DNA from: Sedimentisphaerales bacterium
Lineage (GTDB): Bacteria > Planctomycetota > Phycisphaerae > Sedimentisphaerales > Anaerobacaceae
Direction of reading: 5' to 3'
DNA length: 64,000 nucleotides
NCBI GenBank assembly: GCA_963708075.1
Contig: OY970194.1
Span: forward strand, 6,176,001 to 6,240,000
Shown here: piece after piece, positions 39,636-49,814 of the stretch
Position numbering within the stretch: position 1 is the stretch's first letter
How the letters are laid out: every line of letters begins with the position of its first letter
Notes under the pieces: model-generated
Seen by the model: the letters and a program-made list of their open reading frames with translations, nothing else
Databases searched by the model: none
Told to the model about the DNA's origin: nothing
Program-made: the position numbers and the translations under genes

Positions 39636-41111
39636 TTAACGTTGCTCTTCGAACATGTAGAGTTGATAACGCTCCAGGGAGAACTTGTTCAGCACGATGT
39701 TGACAGGGATCGGGTACTTGCCGGTCCAGCAGGCCGTGCAGTAATGGTCCTCGGGCAACGCGGCGCCGGAGAGCATGCCCTTGAGCGAGAGATACCCTAT
39801 GCTATCCACCTGAAGGAACTCCTTGATCTGCTCGAGTGTGCGATTATTGGCCAGGAGCTCTTCCCGGGTCGGGAAATCGACACCGTAGTAACAGGGGCAT
39901 CGAATGGGCGGGCAGCTCACCCGCATGTGAATCTCTTTCGCTCCCGCCTCACGCAGGGCGAGGATTTTGCCTCGCGTCGTCGTGCCGCGCACGATGGAGT
40001 CATCGACGACAACAATCCGCTTGCCGGCTACGACCTCCTTGACGATGGCGAGTTTGAGATTGACCTCCATTTCCCGCATCTTCTGGTCCGGCGCGATGAA
40101 CGTTCGGCCGATATAATGGCTACGAACCAGGCCCATATCGAAGGGGATGCCGCTCTGCTCGGCAAAGCCGATAGCCGCCGGCGTGCCACTATCGGGGATA
40201 GGGATGACGACGTCGGCCTCGGCGGGGTACTCCTTGGCCAACTGCCGGCCGAGCCTCTTGCGGACCTCGTGCACGTTCTCGCCGAAGATCCGCGAGTTCT
40301 GCTTGGAAAAGTACACGTGCTCGAACGTGCAATGAGCCGGCGTGATCTCCCCTTTGCGTATGAAGAACCGGCTGTGCAACCCGTTCTTGTCCAGCCGCAC
40401 AATCTCGCCCGGCTCCACTTCGCGGATGAACCTGGCCCCGATCGCGTCGACGGCACAACTCTCGCTGGCCACGAGGAAGCATCCGTCGCGAGTCTGCCCG
40501 ATACACAGCGGGTGGATCCCATAGGGATCGCGGGCCGCCTCGATGTGGTCGACGAAGAGGAAGATGAGCGAGTAGGCGCCCTGGAGGTGATTGAGAACGT
40601 GGCCGAGCGGGTCGGGCTTGTTCTGATGGGTCGGCTTGGCGAGAAGGTGGACGATGATCTCGGTATCGCTGGTGGATTTGAAAATGCTGCCGTACGCCTC
40701 GTATTCGTCGCGCAGCAGCCCGGCGTTGATCAGATTGCCATTATGGGCGACAGCCACCTGCCCTCGCGAGTACTCCGCCAGGAGCGGCTGGCTGTTCTCC
40801 ACGTTCGACGAGCCCGACGTCGAATACCGAACGTGGCCGATGGCCACGGGATTCGCCAGTTTGTCGAGCGTATCCGTGCCGGTGCGGAAGACCCGCATTA
40901 CGGTGCCCATGCCCTTGTAGCATTGGATCAACTCGCCATTGCTGGAGGCGATTCCCGCCGACTCCTGCCCCCGGTGCTGAAGGGCGTGCAGCCCGATATA
41001 GGTCTTCTCGACGGCCTGCGGGTCGCCGAAAATCCCGAACAGCCCGCACTCCTCTTTCTTTTCCGAAAAGACCTCGTACCCATCATCCTGTTGCGAAATT
41101 GGCTTGGGCAT
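39636..41111 (-). CDS. purF: Amidophosphoribosyltransferase
   Basis: Propeptide then EECGLFG, LQHRGQES, GHVRYST, HNGNL, VVVDDSIVRGTT, Fe-S cysteines. Confidence 0.97.
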   Translation of the reverse strand: MPKPISQQDDGYEVFSEKKEECGLFGIFGDPQAVEKTYIGLHALQHRGQESAGIASSNGELIQCYKGMGTVMRVFRTGTDTLDKLANPVAIGHVRYSTSGSSNVENSQPLLAEYSRGQVAVAHNGNLINAGLLRDEYEAYGSIFKSTSDTEIIVHLLAKPTHQNKPDPLGHVLNHLQGAYSLIFLFVDHIEAARDPYGIHPLCIGQTRDGCFLVASESCAVDAIGARFIREVEPGEIVRLDKNGLHSRFFIRKGEITPAHCTFEHVYFSKQNSRIFGENVHEVRKRLGRQLAKEYPAEADVVIPIPDSGTPAAIGFAEQSGIPFDMGLVRSHYIGRTFIAPDQKMREMEVNLKLAIVKEVVAGKRIVVVDDSIVRGTTTRGKILALREAGAKEIHMRVSCPPIRCPCYYGVDFPTREELLANNRTLEQIKEFLQVDSIGYLSLKGMLSGAALPEDHYCTACWTGKYPIPVNIVLNKFSLERYQLYMFEEQR

Positions 41112-41173
41112 GGTTCTCACACTGACGCCAAATAAGATTACGTTCCTCACGGCACATCACCCACCGACCCGAT

Positions 41174-41202
41174 AGTGTAGCCGCCAACCCGGGGCAAGTC
41201 AA
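41174..41202 (-). promoter_or_regulatory. Sigma70-type promoter of purF
   Basis: TTGACT-17 bp-TACACT on the minus strand. Confidence 0.6.
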
Positions 41203-41590
41203 TCCCCGACTCGACATCACGGGCACAAAGACTCCTCCTTTCGCTCTCACCAGTCAGCCTTCCAACCGTAACTATCCGCCTCGCCTGCGCTTACGTAACG
41301 ACACCATTACTACTGGCCCCCGTCAGGTTTGTTCAGAACCGCCGATGTACGCCCGTGCTGGACGCGGTCTGGTTCAAAACGGGGCGTTCGGGGTGACCGC
41401 GGAGGGAGAGTGAGCGTGGCGTCCCAAGAGGATCGCTTCTGGGGTGCAAGGATGGGCCTCCTGACCCATGTCCTTTTGACATATAGACTTATGTCGAACG
41501 GACAGAATCATCTGGAAAGGATTTTCAGTTGTTGCCGGTTTGCAGCTTTCTGCTAACGGCTGGGAACCAACCGCCGGCAAGCGGGCTGAA

Positions 41591-41789
41591 GGCAGCAAAA
41601 TTGGCTTTGTTTGGCAGTACCCTTCACGGCCGCTCGCGATGACCGTGTGCCCGACGCCCTGCGGCAGCAAAATTGGCTTTGTTTCGCATCATCAGATCCC
41701 TGGCCTTCGGCCACCGCCGGCCTTTGGCTTTGTTTTCCAAGACGGGTCCCCCAGCCGCGTCGTATCCGTCCGCGAAATTGGCTTTGTTT
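41591..41789. repeat. Four spaced copies of (AAA)TTGGCTTTGTTT
   Basis: Cores at 41601, 41673, 41724 and 41778; a fifth copy at 58448-58467. Confidence 0.85.
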
Positions 41790-42691
41790 TTACGACGGTC
41801 CCCGTTCGTAGTGACGCCGTAAGGCGTTCCGGCAACTGACAACTGATCATCAACCGCCGATGAACGCTGAGGATGGGCCGGCACATAGCCACGGCGACTC
41901 GTAGGGGCGGGTTTCAAACCCGCCCATGCGCCTTCAGATTCTGAGTGCCCACCGCTCTTGTTTCTCACCACCGAGAACACGGAGACCATGGAGAGCAAGG
42001 CACTGAAGGAAAGAGGCAAGGAGAAGGAGCAAAGGCACAAGGGGACAAAGACACAGAGACCGCCGGTAAGAGCCGCTCTTCAATCCGCAATCCACAAGGC
42101 CCCGCCTGCCCCTTGATGCCTGCCTTCTTCATCCGCAGATTTCAAACCGCGAACCGTGAACTGTGAACTGACAACTGATCATCAACCGCCGATGAATGCG
42201 GATTAACCCAGCCCGGCCTTCGGCCGGAACCAATACTATCTCGCGCAGAGACGCGGAGACGCAGAGAAGAACGCAAAACGTACTCTTCTTACCCCAGCGT
42301 CCCTGCGTCTCCGCGCGAGATATAATTCCTTTTGTTCCAACGACTTGTAGTGTCGCTCCAGAATCATCTGGAAATGTTTTTCAGTTCGTGCGAGTTAGCA
42401 ACGCAGATGTCGACCTGCGACAGCGTTTCCGTCATTGGGACTTGGTATTTGATATTTGTCTCGGATTTGGCGCTTCGTACTTCCGATTTTCGGTCTTGAT
42501 GGAGCTTCTTAAATCTCAGTCTTTCAGATTTCTACTCGGCTGATTTCTCCCAGCCACAAACTATTATACCCCTGGCTGTCGTGTCAACAATCGGAAAAAC
42601 AGAAGTGAAGGCGCGCATCTGACGGGCCACATCCCTCCCGCACCTGCTGAAGCTTAGAGCAAGGGTCAACCCGATCCCTCGCCCACGGCGA

Positions 42692-43378
42692 TCAGCTGTT
42701 CGGAGTCCTGCGTAAATCTGCCCAGAGATGATAAATGAGAAGGGGAGAGACTGGAAAAGACCTCTCGCATTTGTGCTCTAATCTACTGATACTGGCGAAC
42801 CGCCATCCCTCTCGGCTTAAGCCTAATGGGCTCACACCGTGCTTGCTCGCGGCATCATTCACTTCGCGCAGGATGTCATCGGCAGCCATATCCTGCCAGT
42901 AGCCAACCATCGCCGCCGACGCACAGCCCTTGGCATAGCCTGATTCCAATGCGATAAAACGCCAGATTCCCTCTTCTACATACTTGGTGTTGAGCACGCG
43001 GTCTGACCGAGGCGGGGAGCCGAGACGCTTGCATTCTACAACGAACTGTCTGCTACAGCGCCGGAGATCAGGCTCAAAACGATCCAGGTAGCTCCACTGG
43101 AAGTCAGGCCGCTTGTTCTCGCGTTTCGCACGCGTCTCATCATCGGGATCAGGCTGGTTGTTGCAGTCCAAGGCTGGCGAGATTTCATCACGAGGGTAGA
43201 GTTCACGTGTCGCTTGTACGAGGCAGAAATATAACCGTCGATTCAGGTCTACCTCAGCGGTAGGCAGATCAGTCTCCATTTGGAGTATTTCAAGAGCGCG
43301 ACTCAAGATGGCAAGGAACTTTGCTACGCGCTTGTTCCATGTGTTGAGGGAACGCAGACTCGGGCCTTTACCGTTCAT
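42692..43378 (-). CDS. Putative PD-(D/E)xK nuclease coupled to the methyltransferase gene
   Basis: RPDF...VECKRL motif; ATGA overlap with the upstream methyltransferase. Confidence 0.6.
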   Translation of the reverse strand: MNGKGPSLRSLNTWNKRVAKFLAILSRALEILQMETDLPTAEVDLNRRLYFCLVQATRELYPRDEISPALDCNNQPDPDDETRAKRENKRPDFQWSYLDRFEPDLRRCSRQFVVECKRLGSPPRSDRVLNTKYVEEGIWRFIALESGYAKGCASAAMVGYWQDMAADDILREVNDAASKHGVSPLGLSREGWRFASISRLEHKCERSFPVSPLLIYHLWADLRRTPNS

Positions 43379-46300
43379 TTGACTTTTCCAGCCAGAGACT
43401 CTTCTTCATGAGCAAGCTGAACGAGCGCGGCCTCAGCATCCTCTCGTGCAGCCGTCCGCGTCCAGAAACGGGCCTCATTTCGCTTAATGAAAAGCATTTC
43501 GCGCTCTCCAATCACACGGAAGAACGTATCGACAAAAATGGCGGACTTGCCAACCGGCACGCGCGTGTCCTTTTCCAATCTGTTCAACAGATCCCCCCAC
43601 GCTTGCACATCGCTGTTTGAAGGTTCGGTCGCTGGTTCTCTCTTGAACCGAGTAGTGAAACTAACAGCCAGCAAGGGTGCCCCCGATGGTGGCGAGAGAA
43701 CGCGCCAGGCCAATTCGCCATCTGGACATAGTTCTGAGTTCCAGAGCCGGAGAAATGTTTGCAGGTATGTACCCAAACCTGAATCAACTCTGGCGACATC
43801 AGCGTACGTGCCCCATGAGCGTGGAAATCGCGTGATGGGCGTGGCAGCAGCGCTTTCGCGATTTCGGTAGAGGAGGTCCAGACCAAGCGAGCACATTTCC
43901 CGAATGAGGTCGCGTTGTGAGTCGTCCAAATCATAGAGGTCAAAGATGGCCTCATCGAGTTGATGCTCCAGTTTACCTATGCGCTGCTGCGTCCCACTTT
44001 CAAAGAGTTCACCTGCTCCTGGGGTCACTGCCAGATACTGAAGTTCTTCAACCACATCCACGATGCGCTCTTGAAGCTTACGTGATGTCGGCAGGACTAT
44101 AGGTAACTCTCCAGCAGTTTCAAGCTGCACTTCGTCGTGCCACATTCCCCAGGAACCTAGTGTCATGAAGAAATAGTATTGTGACAGGGATGACCAATAA
44201 ATGCCGAGAATCACCTTCTCCTGCCACCTTTGAAAACCTTCAAGCCTAAACCCGAGGACAGAATGTCGGAAGCAGTAGGGGCGAGTCTCATGGCGGATGG
44301 TCAGTTTTCCACCCTTCGGCACGCCACGACGTAATAACAGGCGGGAACCCTCAAAGACCTCACGCTGACCCGTCCGTTCCACATGTGTCGGCACATCAAT
44401 CAGCCCTTCGAGAGATTGTGGCCCATACCTTTGAAGCGACTCGACCGGCAGTTCCTTAAAATCGGCCAACCAGCCACACGGGAATGCCCTGGTTCCCTCC
44501 AGAAAGCCACGTCCCAGCGTAACACCGGCCGTCGGCAGTCCGCTGGGTAGTTGGAGGAGCGACGGGTGCCTATCGAGTGATCTTATTAACGCTTCATCCC
44601 GGTGCCCACCCCACCAATAGATCTTCCACAACTTGTCGCACGAGCGACAGTCACGCTGCAATAACCAATGCATATCGCCTTTGTTCAAGATCACCGCTTG
44701 CGTACTGTCGACCATGGCAACGCGCTTTGCAGACCAGTATTCGAACCGGTTGTCTGGGTCGCTATATAGAGGAGCTTTCTGAAAGACGACAGAGATGAAT
44801 GGCGCAATACCTGTCACCTCACGTGCGGGACCCGTGAAATACGCGTGGCGGACGTGGGCGAAATTCACTACCTGCCTGAGAAGAGAGTTCGCGAGCCAAA
44901 CGCAACGGAACTGGCGGCTCTTCTCGTGATGTTTGAATAGCACACCCGACGATACAAGCAACCCTGCTCTTCCACCATCCCGCAACAGGCCAAGAGACAA
45001 ATGGATGAACGCTTGTGATAATTCTTGGTCCCCGATGGGTTTCCCCTGCTTGGGATCACACCACCGCAGGGTGACCCTTAGAGCCCGATGACCCTCTTTG
45101 TCATCTGCTTTTGGGTAGCCCCACGGCGGATTTCCTACGACAATATCTGCACAAGCGTCTCCAAACCGCTGGGCAACTTCTGTTGGACATTTGCCGGAGA
45201 TAGGCTTGAAGGCGTTATCTCGCAGGAGTATGTTATAAAACTCAGTGTTGGGGCGTCTTTTGAGTTCCTTTTTCCGTTCCTGTGCAGGTACCCACTTCAA
45301 ATGGGGTAGACGTCGCTCTTCGTTGATTTCGCGTGGTTTTTGGTAGTGGAGAAATGCTAGATACAGACTGAAAGCAGCTACACGCACAGCCTCTTTATTG
45401 ATGTCGATGCCCGCAATTTGCTGACGCAGAATCTTGCGCAATTGCGTGCGCGTGAGGCGTTTGCCGCCCTGCTCAGCTACCTTGTGTCGAACCATTCGGC
45501 GGAATGACTCGACAAGGAATATTCCTGAGCCGCACGATGGGTCCATCACACGTGGTTCCTGAGCGAGCACGTCGGGCGTGAGTGTTTGCGAAAGCACGAA
45601 CTCCACAAGAGGCGGCGGAGTGTAATGCGACGCCTGGGTCTGCTTTTTGCCCTTGCGCTCTCCATAGAACTCCTCATAGATGCTGCTGATCAGTTCGATG
45701 GGGATGATATCGAATCGGTATGCGAAGAAGAAGAGTAACTGCTGATTCGAAGGGTCGCCGAGCAGAAAGCCAAGGAGTCTCTGCAGATGGCCTCCGTGCA
45801 CGCGGGCACGCTCCTTCCCGTCAACCGGGAAGGTGTCACCATTGAAGTCCTCCGCCAGTTGATCGAATAATGCGTAGGTGAACTCCTTGTCACGCAAGAC
45901 GCGCAAAAACGAGAGCTTCTCCATTTCCGGTTCTATACAAGGCCGTGGAAGAGGCTCGTCGAGAAGCTTCACCCAGCTGCGCCGCGCGAGGCTACACCTT
46001 CAAAGTAGTCGCGTGTCAGTATCTCCCGGTCCTCCAGGTAGCGAATGAAGATGGTCCGTCCGATAAGCGAGTGAAGGTGCTGAAGAGAGGGCTTCTTTTG
46101 GCTCGGAGCAGACTCGATCTCCATGAGCGAATGACGTACAGCCTTCAGATCACGAATCAGCGCACGGTCGGCGCGACACAGGCTTTCGCCGAAATGCTTC
46201 TCGCCAAATAAGAGACCCGTCTCGATCTTTTCGCGGTGATAGCTGGCAAGTCGAGTCTGTACCTCCGCCACAGTCCTAGCCGTGTCGAGCAGCCTGTCAC

Positions 46301-46676
46301 CGCTTGTTGACCATTCGTTCGGTCTGACAGGTGGTTGAGCGAGATCGTACACCCCCAACTCGCCCGGACATGCCAGGAACAGCAACTGAGGACGCGCCAT
46401 ACACCAAATCTGGTTGTATAGACGGCGCAAAGTCTCGCTGTCTGAGCTTGTGACTCTCGCGAAGACAACAACTGGGTACTGTCCCACAAAGAAGACCTTC
46501 TCTGCACCGACTTCTTTGGCAAGCGAGAGCCAGTCGCCCTTTTCGATCCAGGTGTCAAGCGCACTGGTGTCGGGTCTCTCAGAGGCAGACAGCAGCGCAC
46601 CTTCAGCAAAGCCCAGCTCGTCGTAGGCGGCGTTAAGCAATGCTTCTGGATTTGCCTGTGCCATCTGATACACCAT
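43375..46676 (-). CDS. Large N6-adenine DNA methyltransferase (type IIG/Eco57I-like architecture), split near 45975
   Basis: IPIELISSIYE, HYTPP, DPSCGSGIFL, GNPPW, TRD-like C-terminus; the N-terminal ORF 45969-46676 (LIGRTIFIRYLEDR) appears to be the same protein. Confidence 0.82.
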
Positions 46677-46699
46677 CCTCTATTGAAAACGCCAACACC

Positions 46700-46728
46700 A
46701 TTCTATGGTCAATTGATTGTACAGTCAA
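46700..46728 (-). promoter_or_regulatory. Sigma70-type promoter of the methyltransferase operon
   Basis: TTGACT-17 bp-TAGAAT on the minus strand. Confidence 0.6.
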
Positions 46729-47107
46729 CCAGATTTATGCGAAACTATTCTGAACCATCCTGATGAGCCTGTCAACACCCACATTGGCACTCCTGGAGGA
46801 GCGAGCGGGTGTCAGGCACTCTTCTGGCGAGGGTGGGATTTGTCAAGTGTGGGCTTATGGGAAGACAGGGGCAACCATCTATCCCCACACTCTCTTATCC
46901 CATTTATCCGTCGGCCTTCGCACCTTCATGGCCAGAGAAGACATTTCGGCCTCACCACATCGCTCCGGCCCACGGCGGGCCACTCGAAATGCGGAATTCG
47001 GAATGCGGAGTGCGGAATGACAAGCAGGGATCTGGGGTCAGGGGTCAGGGAATCAGGTGGGTTCTTACCTTCCTGCGTTCTTACCCTCTTACTTTCCATG
47101 CTTTATT

Positions 47108-47955
47108 CTCCGTGGTCTCCGTGACCTTCGTGGTGAAGAACAAGAATCGGTGGGCAGAGCCCACCCTACCGGCTCACGCCGCGTCCATGTCTCGGTCCTT
47201 CATCAGCGTTCATCGGCGGTTGCATGCCCTCTGCGTTCCTCTGCAATCTCTGCGGTTAGAAAAGAGCACTGTCATTTTTCGCACGTTCGTCAGGGGTGTG
47301 TCTCTGGGGACTATTATGCCGGATACGGGCGGAGCCCGCAAGCGAAAAGCAGGAAGGGATAGGTGACAAGTGACAAGCCGGAGGCACGGCGGGGCCGTGC
47401 GATTGCGGATTTCGGATTGCGGATTGCGGATTGAAGAGCAGGGAGCAGGCATCAGGCAGCAGGGGGGGGGCGGGGCGCTCGGAACGCGGAATGAAGGCTA
47501 TGCATGGCCATTCCCTGCATGGGTGTCAGGCACCCACCGGGTCGCATGACATCCACCGGGTGGTATTCCCACCTGCCGCCGTCCCCGACACGCGCTAGGT
47601 TGTACCGCAACCTAGCGCAGGTGTCACAGGGGTCTGCCGCGTGGTGCCTCATGTTCTTTCCTTCTTACCCCCTCCCGCTCCGCCTTGTCCCCTCTGCGCC
47701 TCAGCGTCTCCGCGTGAGACAATCAGAAGGAATCGGTGTGCGGTACACACCCTACAAAATCTGCGAGAATCTGCGTAATCTGCGGAAGATGATCCGTTGT
47801 CAGTTCCCAGTTGAAAATCCGTGTGAATCCGCGGAATCCGTGTCGAATGAACCTCCGTGGTCTCCGTGTCCTCCGTGGTGAAGAACAGGAATCGGTGGGC
47901 ATAGCCCACCCTACCGGCTCCCGCCGTTGCCATGTCCCGGCCCTTCATCGGCGTT
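47108..47955. repeat. Two 103-bp imperfect direct repeats (47108-47210 and 47853-47955)
   Basis: CTCCGTGGTCTCCGTG...GTGGTGAAGAACA.GAATCGGTGGGCA.AGCCCACCCTACCGGCTC...CCTTCATC.GCGTT in both. Confidence 0.85.
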
Positions 47956-48622
47956 GTTCGTCTTGCGCGGACAGGAGCTCATCGAGCAGGGGTCTCAGCT
48001 TGCGCAGGGCGTTGCCGCGATGGGAAATGGCATTCTTCTCGTCCTCGCCGAGCTGGGCGACGGTCTTGCCGAGATGAGGGACGTAGAAGATCGGGTCGTA
48101 TCCAAAGCCGCCCGTGCCGGCGGGCTTGTCGATGATGACGCCCTCGAGCGTCCCCTGTGTTTCGAGGAGGACTTGTGTCGGATTTGCCAGGCACAGGCAG
48201 CAGACGAACCGGGCCGTGCGCTTGTCGGCGGGCACCCCTTGCAGCAGGGAAAGGACCTTGTCCATATTCCGCCGGTCGAGGAGCTTTCGGTCGGCGCCCT
48301 TGGACCTTTCCCCGGAGAACCGTGCGGAATTGACGCCGGGCGCGCCGCCCAGGGCATCCACTACGAGGCCCGAGTCATCGGCCAGTGTCCAAAGGCCGGT
48401 TGCTTGGGCGTATCCCGTCGCCTTCTTGCGGGCGTTCGCGGCGAATGTGGCGCCGTCCTCCTTCACCTCCCCGACCCCCGGGAAGTCCGCCAGGCTCTTC
48501 CACTGAACATCGCCGCCCAGCATCGCTCGCAACTCCCGCACCTTCCCCGGATTCGTCGTCGCCACAAGGATCGTGTGTGCCGAGTCGGTTCGTGATGTCA
48601 CCAGGCAAGCCCTTTCAGTCAT
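47945..48622 (-). CDS. rdgB: Non-canonical purine NTP pyrophosphatase (RdgB/HAM1)
   Basis: ATTNPGKVRE, ADDSGL, GAPGVNSAR, GFGYDPIF, KNAISHRG. Confidence 0.95.
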   Translation of the reverse strand: MTERACLVTSRTDSAHTILVATTNPGKVRELRAMLGGDVQWKSLADFPGVGEVKEDGATFAANARKKATGYAQATGLWTLADDSGLVVDALGGAPGVNSARFSGERSKGADRKLLDRRNMDKVLSLLQGVPADKRTARFVCCLCLANPTQVLLETQGTLEGVIIDKPAGTGGFGYDPIFYVPHLGKTVAQLGEDEKNAISHRGNALRKLRPLLDELLSAQDEQRR

Positions 48623-49604
48623 GTTCCTGTGTGACCACAGGATCTCTCTCTGCGCAAATCCGCGATCCGAATTGCAGCGCCCGCGGGTCGATCTTCTTAT
48701 CGAACTGGACGGGATCGCGAAACACGTAGGGCAATTGACTCACGCGCTGCCGGAAGTCGATGTCGGACTTGTCCCGTGTCACGAATTCGAAGCTCGCATC
48801 CGGAAACAAAAGCTCCTTGTCTGCCCCCAGTTTCCTGCGAATGATCCCGATGAACTCGGGGTTGACTTCATAACCGACGGAATTCCTGCCGAGGTTTCGT
48901 GCGGCAAGGCACGTTGTCCCGCTCCCCAGAAACGGATCGAGAACCGTATCGCCCACGAAGCTGAACATTCGGATCAGGCGGCGGGGGATCTCCTGCGGGA
49001 ACATGGCCAGGTGATCGTCCTGCTTTTCACCGGGGATGTTCCAGTGGCCGGCGAAGAAGGTGTTCCATTCCTCGGTCGTCAGCCGCGATTGCTCTTTGAT
49101 CTCCTTGCCGACCTTCGGTGCGGCACCGTACTTCTTGAAGATCAGGATGAACTCGTAATCGAGCTTGAGGATGCCGTTGCGGGGGTAGGGGAACGAGCCC
49201 ATGATCGTGGCGCCGCCGGTCGTGTTGCAGGTGGTGACTTTCTGCCAGATGACCGCGCCCATGTAGTCGAAGCCGATAGTCTCGCAGAACTTGATGATCT
49301 CGGTGCGTATGGGGATGACCTTATATCGCCCGTAGTACACGGAGCGAGCGAACTGGTCGCCGATGTTCACGCACAGCCGGCAGCCCTTGGCCAGGACCCT
49401 GTGGCACTCGGACCAGACGATGTTCAGATTGTTGATGTAGGTCTCGTAGCTGTCGTCGAAGCCGATCTGCTGCGCATTCCCGTAGTCCTTGAGTTGCCAA
49501 TAGGGCGGGGACGTGACGACGAGGTGCACGGATTCATCCGGCACCTCGGCCATATGCCGTGAATCACCTGTGATAATCTTGTGACGCGTCTGCACTGTAT
49601 ACAC
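48615..49604 (-). CDS. Site-specific DNA methyltransferase (N4/N6 family, beta-class motif order)
   Basis: TSPPY precedes VLDPFLGSGTT. Confidence 0.92.
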   Translation of the reverse strand: MYTVQTRHKIITGDSRHMAEVPDESVHLVVTSPPYWQLKDYGNAQQIGFDDSYETYINNLNIVWSECHRVLAKGCRLCVNIGDQFARSVYYGRYKVIPIRTEIIKFCETIGFDYMGAVIWQKVTTCNTTGGATIMGSFPYPRNGILKLDYEFILIFKKYGAAPKVGKEIKEQSRLTTEEWNTFFAGHWNIPGEKQDDHLAMFPQEIPRRLIRMFSFVGDTVLDPFLGSGTTCLAARNLGRNSVGYEVNPEFIGIIRRKLGADKELLFPDASFEFVTRDKSDIDFRQRVSQLPYVFRDPVQFDKKIDPRALQFGSRICAERDPVVTQEHD

Positions 49605-49676
49605 CCTCGGACATCGTATTCAAGCAGCCTGGCACTGCGGCCACCCTGGAACGGTGCTTAGAGAATACCGGGTGAT

Positions 49677-49771
49677 GGGTGGCTGCGGCAAGCGCCGGCT
49701 TGCCGATGACTCGTATCTGCGCCTGAACGCCATCGGCAAGCTCCGAAGACTCCGCTTGCCGCTGCCACCCG
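49677..49771. repeat. GTGG-type REP doublet, subtype A (reverse orientation)
   Basis: Arms match the family. Confidence 0.88.
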
Positions 49772-49814
49772 GCATCTACCTGACTGCCGTCCTCGGAATA
49801 CAGGGTTCGCGCGC

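Noticed and set aside
41591..41789. Possible CRISPR array
   Set aside because: Repeat core is only 12-22 bp, spacing is irregular, and there are no cas genes
41329..42543. Short ORFs in repeat-rich intergenic tracts (also 31403-32185 and 46717-47948)
   Set aside because: Their translations are made of repeat-derived peptides with no coding signal
42563..42587. TTGACA/TATAAT promoter on the minus strand
   Set aside because: The spacer is only 13 bp and no gene follows
45960..45990. Programmed frameshifting or a genuine two-gene split in the methyltransferase and other broken genes
   Set aside because: No slippery heptamer or long homopolymer is evident, and the many unrelated breaks favour assembly error; the GTGA overlap here leaves some doubt
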